Source: Obrimoposthia wandeli (lineage: Eukaryota). From it: a DNA stretch of 64,000 nt. The first letter of the stretch is position 1, and every line of letters starts with the position of its first letter. Both the position numbers and the translations under genes were made by a program. This document shows, in pieces, positions 24,820 to 35,449 of this stretch. The notes beneath the pieces are model-generated. The model made no database searches and had not been told where the DNA came from. It saw only the letters and a list, made by a program, of their open reading frames with translations. The DNA lies in assembly GCA_977020255.1 (NCBI GenBank), contig CDROCS010000088.1, positions 124,001 through 188,000 of the forward strand, given 5' to 3'.

Positions 24820-26623
24820 ATGGTGCATTAGATATTTCGCTAAAAATGGGAAACATCCAATTATAAGCTGCCAGGTGATTCCGGTTATCCTGTATAAACT
24901 ATACGTAGATAACACCTGGGCTATAATTACCTGCACAAATTTAATTATAACATAAATACCTATGATACCTGAAAATAATTGTCCTAAAACAAGGAATTTC
25001 CCCCACATCTTTCTAAGGGTCTGATGTGCTGCTTCCTTGAAATGACTTGGCGACAATAACATATCAAAATTCGCATATCTAGCTCCTGGCGGTAATGCAC
25101 GATGTACCATCTCCGTAAGTACTCTGGCCCTTCTTACTGGAAACATTATTTCGTTCCAGACCGCTTTTAAGTCTTTCTCATTGTACAAACCTGCATTTTC
25201 CATATTCTTTACAGCTTCGAATTTCATTTTTCCTTTAAGAGTCGTCATTTTTATCATCGTTGTAGTTGTTGTTTGCTTCCGGTCAGGTCGAGTTATCCAT
25301 AGATTATTCGTCATCTGATATTCAGGTGCCATTATATTAGAGCAGCTGATTTCTTTAGTTGGAGTGTCTTTTGGAAGTATCATTCTCGTGATTGGTTCAA
25401 CAAAAAGCGCTTTTAAATTATACGTTACTGCCAATTCACTCGTACATCGGTCTGTTTTTCTCAACTGTACTTCTACTTTTTTACACTTGTAAGTATACAG
25501 CACCTCTCCCATGGTTTTAGCAAATACTCCTTCATCTAAGGGTATTAATGGTGCTACCATGTCTGGATTCGTAATAGCTAATGCTAACTTTGTTCTTACG
25601 ATCTCTTTGTTTAACTGGCAATCTTTCTCAATCATCATCCGATATAACTGTTCCATTTGCATCAATCCTTTATGATAATAAAAATCAATTTTATTATTAA
25701 AATACGTGTGTAGCTGCATATCTCTAGGTTTTAACTTGGTTCCTGCCAATGCTATTGATTCTCCTGACAAAACTATTCCCGGATAGTTTGTAGTACTAAC
25801 AGTCATTCCGCATCGCGCTTTATTTCTCTTTTTAATAAATATCAATCCTTCTTCTGTTGATGTTGCCATTAACAGTGTAGGTGTCGGCGTCGTAGGAATT
25901 GGTCCTGTTGTGTTATGAAATCATTCTCCACCTTTATTATACAGGAACCCTTTTATTTTATTAAATTTAATCTCTTTCAAAAATACTAAAGAGCATTGTT
26001 TTGGATCGGCGTGATGTATGGCAAGATGTATCTGTCAATCTACATTCCGGATACTTCATCATTCGTTTTGTATTTTTATCAAAATGGGCGGTCCATGTTT
26101 TTAATTCGATCTGGTAAGTTACGTCCATTACCAACTCTGTTACTTTAGTACCACGCATGTTTTTTGTTCCTCCGTCACAAGATCCATCAGCCCATCGTCG
26201 TCCTACTCTCGTGACTGTTTCGTATCGTCTCACCCCAATTTTTACATCAGGTTTGTAATTCTTATCTATTTCTATTTTTCCTGTTCGAAATACGTCTTTG
26301 CAATCTCTCGGAAAGACCTTGTGTGGTTTGTACGGTGTGGTAGTTGTGATTTCCGACATAAAACTTCTATGACCACAGTAAAATTCGTGATAACTTGAAT
26401 GAACTGAACATTCCTTCACTTGTACCTGTATTTTATCAACATCCTGATACACAAAATAGTTTTCAACACCTTTAATTTCTAATTTTGAGGGTTGTGATTC
26501 TGGACAGTCTTCGCTGTCAAGCAGTGAATACTTTTGTCCCATCTGTGTTACACTACAGTCGTATGCTACTAACGCTGATGCCTGTTGCATTCCCATAAAC
26601 ATCACTAACATCATCATCATCAT
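24820..26623 (-). pseudogene. env: env-like chuvirus (Jingchuvirales)-type class III fusion glycoprotein with signal peptide and C-terminal TM
   Basis: MMMMMLVMFMGMQQASA signal peptide, then LVAYDC...YSLL...C...C.V..YCG..S...C...TG...GSCDGG. After a frameshift (about 26010) and a stop (about 25920): CG...YFNNKIDF...QMEQLY...KDCQL...LALAITNPD...GVFAKTMGEVLYTYKCKKVEV.LR.TDRC.SEL.V...FVEPITR...C, then hydrophobic WGKFLVLGQLFSGIIGIYVII. The cysteine and motif order matches chuvirus G and retroelement gB-like envs as I know them. Confidence 0.85.
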
Positions 26624-27750
26624 CGTTGTGGACCTATTTGGTTGATTGATCTTTCTTTCGGACGGTATTGTTTATTTTCTCTTTGACGATTCTCATGACA
26701 TTGTTCATCATCGTCTTCATTCATTTCCACAATGGTTTTAGCGTGGTCACTTAATTTTGCCCAGCCTCCGTTTTCGTCAATTCGTCGCTGCAATACGTTC
26801 TCGATCAGATACATCGCTTCATTTATTCCTTGTTTGACTTCGTGAAGTTTACTCGTTCTTTCCGTCAATTGGAAACATAGATTTTTATTTGTAGTCTGGT
26901 TTCCACATAATCTCGCTAAAACTTCGCCATCGTAAAATCTATCTATTGATACATGGTATCCTTGATTCGCAGTCATTCTCTTCACTGCAGACATTTGTGC
27001 TCTAACTGCTCTAGTCAAATTGTCTGTTATATCGGTTGTTTCATATTTGTACATTTTGAACAACTTCGGCTTTACTTGTCTGAGAATTCCCGTAAGTATA
27101 TCTTTACTACTTGGAGCTTCCGAATTCATATCACCCCTGATATCTTCATTTCGCTCTGCACTATACTGCTCTAATGACGCTGCTAACTGCCCAATGCTTT
27201 GATGTCTCTCCTCATCAGTTTGAGGTGCAGTTAGAACATTTTGTAATAAACTTCCGTTCTTTCTAGATCTTCCAGGTCCTCTTCGAAAATACTGATACTC
27301 AGTTTGATTCTCACCTAGATCATACGGTTTATCATTATACCGTACCTCTTGACTTGGTACTGCTACATGACCAATCTCCTCGTTTTGTCGCATCGTCTGC
27401 TCTGCTTGTCTATCTCTGTATGCGGCATGCCAAATTGGTGAATCTAAATCTACAATCTCGAAGATTTCGTCTTTTCCAACTAGTTCGGTTACGTTTTCGT
27501 TTTGTCTTACTTGGTTAGCTATATCCGTGACTTCATTTTGTCCGGTTTGAATTATCTCTTGCTCTAATGGTACTTCAACTACCAGATTCGTCAATTCATT
27601 TTTTGGTTCCACGTCCTGTAGTTCAGCTACGTTTGGTTCAGGTGTGGACGTCTTGTTTCAAGCTTCAGCTACATCATTATTTCCGCTTTCGCTTGAACTG
27701 TCTAAACTTTCTATAGGCGTTGTTATCATATCTAACGCAAATTCAATATC
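26620..27750 (-). pseudogene. Unassigned polyprotein segment between the Ub-like domain and env
   Basis: 330-aa ORF plus upstream in-register codons. Acidic N-terminal part and helical C-terminal part. No motif recognised. Confidence 0.6.
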
Positions 27751-27786
27751 TCGGTCAATCCTTCATTATCTACTAACTCCTGACGT

Positions 27787-28017
27787 CCTACAGTGATGAC
27801 ATCAATCTTTTCCTCTAATTCGTTTCCTATCGGATATCCGCACTTGACTGGCACATCTTCATCATCTAGTGATCTTCCTTTATAATGGAACAACATATTC
27901 ATTCCATCTATTTCAAGTTTCTCGGTCAACGTTTTTCGAATAGTTTTCATTGTTTGGTATACGTTGAGTTTTTCATGCATAATCTGTCCGGAAATTAATC
28001 GAAGTGAAATTTTCATC
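27787..28017 (-). pseudogene. SUMO/ubiquitin-like domain in the polyprotein
   Basis: MKISLRLISGQIMHEKLNVYQTMKTIRKTLTEKLEIDGMNMLFHYKGRSLDDEDVP...IDVITVG aligns by eye with ubiquitin and SUMO (F.Y.G..L.D.D.P......IDV). No C-terminal GG. Confidence 0.7.
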
Positions 28018-28363
28018 ATTCCTTTTTGATTTGATCTCTGTACGTAACGACCATATCCTTTCAATAATCCTCGTGATACGTCTTTGTAAATCAAGTTATC
28101 ATGACTATGTTTGACCAATTCTGCTCGCACTTCTTCCAATCTGTACACTTTAATTGTTTGTAGTTTGGCCAAAACTTCTGGAGCTTCACTCGCTTCGTTT
28201 AGCGGTTGATTCAACGTCTTTTTAGCTTCACTAATTATCTTTTTCACATTTTCCAGACTCTTAGCATTTCTTGCTGCTTCTATGTGATCAGTCATAGGTT
28301 GTGCGTTACACGTTTTCTCAATTGGTGTCTCATGCGCTTCTAGTATTCGGTTCATTAAATCAT

Positions 28364-30515
28364 TCATCTCTTCTCTCGAGTGTAGATTTTTTCTTTCGAC
28401 AACGTAGATGAATTCGCCATCTTTGTATGCGGTGAATCTTTAATTATTCCCAACATTCGTTCAAATTTACTATCACTATCTTCAAAATCTATTTCGCGTC
28501 GAAGTTCGGTCTCGCGATTCCTATCGCTGTCATCATTTACGTAACTAATATTTATTTTCGGTTTCGGCGAACTCTCACGACTATTTGTCTTGTCAACATT
28601 ATTATTATTATATCTACCGGAATTATTATATCTCTCAGCTCCTTGCTGTCCTACGTAATTATTGTATCTCTCAGCTCCTTGCTGTCTGTCTGCATAATTA
28701 TTATATCTGCATGGTGACTGTTGTCTATCCGTATATTGATTATTCGGTCTCCATTGCGGCGGAGTATACCCACCACCTCTATTCCATGGCGGGAGTGAAT
28801 TATATCCTCTATAATTATTTCCAAAATTATTATTTCCGAAATTATTATTTCCAAATCTGTTAGTTCCGAATTCTTTACTTCTCGTACAATCTCTCGAGTA
28901 GTGACCCATTTGTTTACACGTATAACACATTATTCTCCCTCGAATATCTATCTTATTTTGTTCATCTTCGAACTGGACTCGACAACTATTCTGTCTATTG
29001 TCATAGCGTCCTCTAAAATCCTTCGGAAATTCGATTCAAAACTGCTTTCTCGATTATTGAATCTTCCGTCACTACTTCCTGCATTATTTCCAAATCGAGA
29101 GTCATTTCGCTCTCCTCTGTTTGCGTTATAATTCCTATCGTCTCCTTTCCATGGTTGGCGATTTCCTGAATTATCTCTACTAAATCTATTTCTGGAATAA
29201 TCTCTATTTCGGTTCCACGAATCATTACTACTTCTACCTCTTGAATCGTTTCGATTCCTGTTCCAAGGCTCGCTATTATTTCTACCCCTCGAATCATCTC
29301 TATTTCTACTTCCGAAATTATCTCTATTTCCGTTACTGGATTCATCTCCTTTTTCAAACTTATTTTGTCCATAATTTCGATTCTGAAAATTACTCGGTTC
29401 TGTCTTATTCACAAATACCTTTGTCTTATCGTCATCACCTGCGATCATTGCGTAAATTGCCAATGCTGCGTTATTTTTTATATTTTTCTCAATTTCTCTC
29501 GCTTTTCGCACGGCGTTATCAAAATCATTTGTATCCGATACTGCCAATAACACTTTAATATCTTTTTTCAGTCCTCCTCTGAATATATCTAACAAGACTT
29601 CTGCCATTTCATTTTGGTTCCGTTCATCTTTCGATGTTTGTGCTTCTGGAGCTACAGGTTCACCTTCCAAATTTCTCACTATTCTTCTTGGGTGCGCTCG
29701 TGCGGCCAAGGTTCTCAAAACATACGCGTATTCATTCACGCTTTCGTCATGTTTCTGTTTCCGTTCTCTCATGATTCCTTATTCACTTTTGCTAAGTCTC
29801 CCAATACCAATTTTCCAATAAAAGCACTTTCCAACGTTTCCCAATTTAAACGTTCTGCTTATGTCAAATGTTTATACACTTCAAGTGCTAATCCGGTCAA
29901 ATGTGCCTGTACACGGACACATTTTTCTCTATCGTTCCATCCTTGAACATCTGCGCAACTCGAATATTCTGCGAGGAAGTCACAAATACTTTCCTCGTCT
30001 CCTTTAAACTTTGTAATCTGCAATGATCCCGAAAAGCTGGGTCTCAATGTCGCATTCAAGGCTTGTGCCAACTGTTCTGCATTCATTCCTCCTACATTAT
30101 TTCCTGGGTTATTACCTGCTTGAGCCATATTTTCAGCTATATTCTCAGCTATTTCTTCAATATTATCCAATTGAACTTCCTCAACCGCTACTGGATTGGC
30201 AATTTCAATTTCTTTTGGGTTTTGAACTTCAATAATTTCAATTTCTTCTTGGTTTATTTCACCAAACAATTCAGTCAGATCAAAACTGTCGGTTGAAACT
30301 GCTGATTGATTAACGTCTCTTTCTGATACGTTTTCTTCGGTTCTAGCTTCTTCTATTACTTTTTTATCTATTTGAGAAACCTGTTCAATTCGGCTAAAAT
30401 TATTATTATTTATCTCTTCCTGTGGAATCTGACTTTGTCTTCTAGTATTAAACGCGGGTCCCTTTTTATTATTCGTTGTTTTATCAATTATGTATTTGTT
30501 GACGATATCAATTTA
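28364..30515 (-). pseudogene. gag: Gypsy Gag: capsid domain, low-complexity regions, CCHC zinc knuckle
   Basis: KFKGDEESICDFLAEY...WNDREKC...LTGLALEVY; ERKQKHDESVNEYAYVLRTLA; DIFRGGL...FDNAVRKAREIE; CYTCKQMGHYSRDC at about 28886-28927. Frame is open from about 30515 but no ATG seen. Several stops and frameshifts. Confidence 0.9.
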
Positions 30516-30617
30516 CTTATTACTTTTATTTTATTTTATAATTCTTATTTTACGATTTCTTATATCAATTTATTTAATTCGAGGACTTTGTCACTCGACT
30601 TAACTTATTCAATTAAA

Positions 30618-30855
30618 TTACTTCGAGGAACAAATCTACTCGATTCACAATTTTATCCAAATTACTTAATTCGAGGAACAAATCTACTCGATTTTACAAA
30701 CTTTATCAAATTACTTAATTCGAGGAACAAATCTACTCGATTCTCAAACTTTATCAATTACTTAATTCGAGGAACAAATCTAATCGATTCTCAAACTTTA
30801 TCAAATTACTTAATTCGAGGAACAAATCTACTCGATTCTCAAACTTATTCAATTC
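30618..30855. repeat. About 47-49 bp tandem repeat x5 in the 5' leader
   Basis: ttacttaattcgaggaacaaatctactcgattctcaaactttatcaa repeated with small indels between PBS and gag. Confidence 0.92.
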
Positions 30856-30947
30856 TCTTATCTCAATTTGCTGATATCTTTTTCTTCTGTAACTTATTCT
30901 CAATTTGCTTTCTTATTCTTCGTGAAGTCGCTGTGTCCGATGAGCTA

Positions 30948-30965
30948 TCCTCACTCGGGGCACCA
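30948..30965 (-). promoter_or_regulatory. Primer binding site, elongator tRNA-Met
   Basis: Minus strand TGGTGCCCCGAGTGAGGA is complementary to the 3' end of metazoan elongator tRNA-Met (...UCCUCACNCGGGGCACCA, from memory). It lies 8 nt after the LTR ...CCCCAACA end. Confidence 0.85.
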
Positions 30966-31563
30966 ATTTGATATGTTGGGGTTTCTACATGAAACTGTTT
31001 TTCTATATAGATCCTCTGAATGGAGGGCCCCAACGTGAGTTCTATAGAAGCAGGACTTGTAGATGTTTGTGGCCTACTTAATGTTATGCTTGCCTGTCTC
31101 AATTCTTATCTGAAGGTTTGTTGTTTCTTAATTTGAAGGGTCTATAACAACGCTTTCTAGTTGTAGGAAATCGTTTATTACTATGCACACTAAATTAACA
31201 CGTCTAAGTACGTTCTAAAAATTACAATACAATTTCTAAGACTTCCGTAAGTCTCTACACAAGTGAGGATGATCCACGTATCGATTTTACTTTTAGGGTT
31301 GGTTGGTCGCTAGAGTCTTTACTCTAAAGGTGGCAACGTTAAAGTGATAGGTTTTCGGAGAGCTATTTACTCTAAAATAGGGATTGAGTTTCGTAGAACT
31401 GTTGCTCTAAAATAATGAACTGAATTTAGAGAGCTTATTCTCTAAAAGGGGGATGGAGTTTAGTAGAGCTGTTGCTCTAAAAATATAGGCAAATATGGGT
31501 TAAGTTGAGCGAGCTGTTGCTCAAAATATGGATTGAATTTATTCACTCAAAAACTTTTGTCAC

Positions 31564-31795
31564 AATTCAATTCAATTTTATAAGTTTAATCGATTCAAAA
31601 CTTTACGTGTTTATCAGGTCGATTTACTTTCTAATTCAAAATTCAAAACTTCAATACTTTTGTTAAAATTCAATTAAATTTTATAAGTTTAATCAATTCA
31701 AAGCTTTACGTGTTTATCAGGTCGATTTACTTTCTAATTCAAAATTCAAAACTTCAATACTTTTGTTAAGATTCAATTCAATTTTATAAGTTTAA
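31564..31795. repeat. 103-bp tandem repeat x2.2 within the LTR
   Basis: Units at 31564 and 31667, partial at 31770. Confidence 0.9.
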
Positions 31796-31919
31796 GTTGT
31801 CAATTTTTTATTGACTCTCACCGTTCTCTGAGATTTTAGGGATGTCCTCTCGTCGGTAGTGATCCTCCGTGGTTTCTTCGCGCGGTATCCTTAGTCCACG
31901 ATCAATTCCTTTAGACAGC

Positions 31920-32118
31920 CTCTGGTTCCGTTTTGGTTGCGGTTAGTTTTCTGGCGAATTGAACTATTAAAATTGCTCTTGAATACAATTTCTCACCTCT
32001 CTTCTCGGTCGGCGAGTTTCTTCCTGAATTCGCTCTGGCTCTGTTTTAGTTGTGGTTAGTTTTCTGGCGAATTGAACTATTAAAATTGCTCTTAAATACA
32101 ATTTCTCACCTCTCCTCT
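31920..32118. repeat. 113-bp tandem duplication within the LTR
   Basis: ggttagttttctggcgaattgaactattaaaattgctctt...caatttctcacctctc at 31941 and 32054. Confidence 0.88.
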
Positions 32119-33353
32119 TTCCAGGACACTAATGGGATTTTGTTGACTCTGTCTGTTGACTTTGAGCGTCTGCTAACGGACTGTCTCCTAAAATGTAAAT
32201 GATTGCACTTAAAATTAAGTGCTCTTACTTAATGGCGGGATTCCGGCTGTCGTGTTTTCAGTGCTTCTCTGGAGATAGACCTGCTTACTGGCGTCGCTAA
32301 TGGATTTTCTTCTTCTTTCTTGTCTTTTTCTGATTAATTGGTATTCTCTTCTTCCTAATTGTCTCTTGCTGGCCTTATCAATATCGAATTTTCTTGGCTA
32401 AATTCTTTTTTCGGATACCTCTTTTTGGGGCCCTTTACTTTAATTTTAACCTCTATATATATCGCACACTAAACATGACCTTTCAAGGTCCTAATATTTT
32501 TCTACAAAAACTATATTTAATTTCAATTTTAATTTATATTTAAAATTAATTTAGTCTATATTTAACCTTGCTTCAAGGATTTTTATTTTAGTATAAAATC
32601 AATTAATTATTCAAAATTATTCAAAACCTAATCCTAACACAATCATTTAAAGTATCTGATACAATTTCTAACCAATTTCCCGCCAAAATCTATTTTATTT
32701 CTAATTTAGTATGTAAGTTTAATATCATGGGTCAATGAGACAAATATCCATCACCAAACCAAAGTTATGGAACATATGTAGGTTGGTAGAAAGTCTCCAT
32801 ATTTGAACACTCGATTAAATGTGAAAATATTAATAGGCATTTTACTATTGATGAGTTCAGGGCCATTCATAAAATTGTCAGAACTATTTTGAAAGAACAG
32901 TGTGTGAGGCTTTGAGTATAAAAGAAAACAGTCCTTCATTAAACATAAAAAGGATTGCTTAAAATTGCTAGAAATATTTTAGCAGGATGCATATTTTTTG
33001 GATGTTGCGCAATGCCACCGCCAGAATATTTAATGACATATTTTCCTTTTACACCAATGCTGATGAAATACTCGAGAAATACTCAATATAAAGAGTGAAT
33101 CTATTTATTTATAGGTTTGAATTAAAATAAACAAATCCTTAACTTGTTAACTTGATTATTTCATTTGAAAAATGTTTTGTGAAGTTTCAATATTAGCGTC
33201 ATAGAAACGTTGTTCGTTGTTGTGCCTGTCGCAAAGAGAGAAGCTGTAGTTGTATGAGCTGGATCTAGACCAATCCGAAGCCGGGAGAATATCATTGGCG
33301 GTTCAAGAGAGCAGAAGAAGAGCGGGTCGGGTGGGTAGCAGATCAGACCTGCC

Positions 33354-33611
33354 ATGTTCAGCTCCCCGCTCATCAACATTAACGGGTTGACCCAACATCG
33401 CTCCTCAGTTTCAAGCATCTTCACAGCGCCCGACAAAGAGGACTACGACGGTGCAGACATCCCACTCATCGACATGGACGGCCAGTCACACATGCTTATC
33501 CCGACGTCGCAGAAGCAGAACTTGCAAATGGAGACAGCAGTTGCGGAGGAACTGAGTCTGATTCCCCCGGTTACCCCAGATGGATCGCAGCAGCACGACA
33601 CCAACCGCAAG
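33354..33611 (+). CDS. Putative first coding exon of the LGIC-like host gene
   Basis: GC-rich island with gccATG, an 86-codon open frame and a phase-0 donor AAG|GTGAGC that is compatible with the phase-0 exon at 48099. The link between the two exons is inferred. Confidence 0.6.
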
Positions 33612-35449
33612 GTGAGCCGCCTTCTGATCACCACCTTTTTGACTGCACTTTCTTTTTCCGGTGATATATCCGTAGTTTTTGTGTTTTCCTCCAAAGTATT
33701 AAGAGTGAAAACATATATGAGAAGATTGTATAGTGACTTTTATAAAATTCTATATTTCTTTTTGGTTTACATCTATATAAAAATCCTTTACATTGAAAAT
33801 GGAATACCGTTTAAATAGCTCACTTCAAATTTGAGTTTTAAAAATATACAGTATTTATTTTATTTATAGAAAAATAATAAAATTTGTAAGTGACTGATAA
33901 AATGCTCCACTTCAATAACACAGTGTAACATGTCCCTTTAATGAAAATAAGATTTAGGGATAGTTAAGCATCTTGATTATGTCCAAAATAATTTTAATTG
34001 TGATTTGGTGTATAGAAATGGACATTTTGTTCTCGAGTTAGTTACTATTTGCTTTTTAGTGCACACCTGTATAATTCGTCATCTTCAGGTTGTTAAATCG
34101 TTATTTTGAGTATAGAAAGTGACCGCGTGGAAATGGAATTGTTATGCTATTTTGTTCAAGACATAGATAAAAGTTTAAATTTGTATGCAGTGTAATTATT
34201 TGTATCATTCAAATTTGAAGAAAGTTAAAGTTAGCACCTCATATATCAGAGAAAAAGTGTGATTTTTTGTGCACTTGCAATATGAATGTTAAAGATATCT
34301 ACAAAGCTTTTTGTTATAAGTTTGGCATAAAAATGAAGTTGTGTAAAAAGCAATTTTTGTGTGTTAGATGATAAAAAATAAATGCTGAAAAAATGATCAG
34401 GAAACCGGAAAAATAGCTGAGCCAAAAAATTCCAAAAAGCCAAAATATATTGTAACATTTTTCTAATAAATGGAATCAAAGTAATATTCCAAACCAATTT
34501 TTATTTTATTTTTTATTATTTAAAAAATAAAAATTCAAAGAAAGATATGTAGTTTTTGATTGATAGATTATTTAGTGAATTATGAATATTATTCATAACC
34601 TGATATTGCCAAACAACTGTTCAATCTTCATTCAAATAAGTATTGAAGGATATAATATTTTGATCCGAGTATTTCAAAAAGATAACTATTCCTTTACTTG
34701 ATAATTTATTATTATGATCATATAGGTTGAAAACACATTCACCACAACATCAGGATACCCAAACAACTCGCCTCAAATCAATCTCTTAACATCGTCCTGC
34801 TTCTGCCGACTTAAAACTAATTAATTAAATCTTCTACATATAGATCTTACTTCAAAGTTATCAAACATAAGTTTCAATTTTCCCAGACTATCTCTTTACC
34901 TTGACTTCTTTACTATTGTAAACTTTACACAACAAAATAATGTTACTCTGTTTAGCTATATCTCGAGAATTTGTGGATAAATTATTTTTAAAAAAAAGTA
35001 TATGATATAAAATTTGATTTATAGTTAAAATATTTTAATGTTACAGTTAAATTAAATAAAAAAATGGTTTTACAATTAATTTCAGACACACTTATCATAA
35101 TTTAAATATACAACATTAAAATAACTGAAACTTCTTTTTTTCGACTTAAAAGAAACCTTAATTTTATAAATACCAGGTAAATGTTACACGCGAGTATACG
35201 GTTTACTGGATTTTGTTGTTGTGATTCTTAAACGATTTCCCCGCAATGTAACAGTTATTAATGGGTTCTTTTACCGTGTGCAAAATATTCCAAAATGCAG
35301 TTAGGGTTTAAAATAACATCGTGTGAGGTGTACTCATTTTTATAATCGAGGGTTACTAATTATCGATCAAATGAAACTGAGTAATTGTTACATAATTTCG
35401 AGTATGGTTTACGGGTGTTAAATTTCAAAGTGCAACTTCATTGTCTGCT

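Larger units (their letters stand above)
20520..32742 (-). mobile_element. Large Ty3/Gypsy LTR retroelement with extra domains including env; 3'-truncated, no integrase or 3' LTR
   Basis: LTR, PBS, gag, PR, RT (YIDD) and RH (TDASNYAVGSVL...EKECLAI...TDHKPL) in Gypsy order on one strand, broken by scattered frameshifts and stops. Confidence 0.93.
30974..32742 (-). mobile_element. 5' LTR of the Gypsy element (about 1.77 kb)
   Basis: Ends ...GAAACCCCAACA next to the PBS, the same point where homology with the other copies stops. TATA-like gatatatatagag at about 32452-32464. Start TGTCTCATTG at 32742 is inferred by comparison with the 40935 copy. Confidence 0.75.

Noticed and set aside
30618-30855. 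CRISPR-like look of regularly spaced repeats
   Set aside because: The intervening sequences are near-identical rather than unique spacers, there are no cas genes, and the context is a eukaryotic retroelement leader.
19821-30971. Numerous plus-strand ORFs over the retroelement (for example 24059-24553, 22528-22893, 30372-30971)
   Set aside because: Antisense shadows of the minus-strand polyprotein or of repeats, with no recognisable motifs.
31021-31040. Plus-strand TGGAGGGCCCCAACGTGAG as the PBS of a second, oppositely oriented element
   Set aside because: It lies inside the conserved LTR end shared by four copies, with no plus-strand LTR before it or gag after it. Better explained as a U5 structural motif.
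33443-33694. Minus-strand 83-aa ORF in the GC-rich island
   Set aside because: The plus frame has the ATG context and a consensus donor in the phase needed for the LGIC exon. The minus ORF is probably its shadow.
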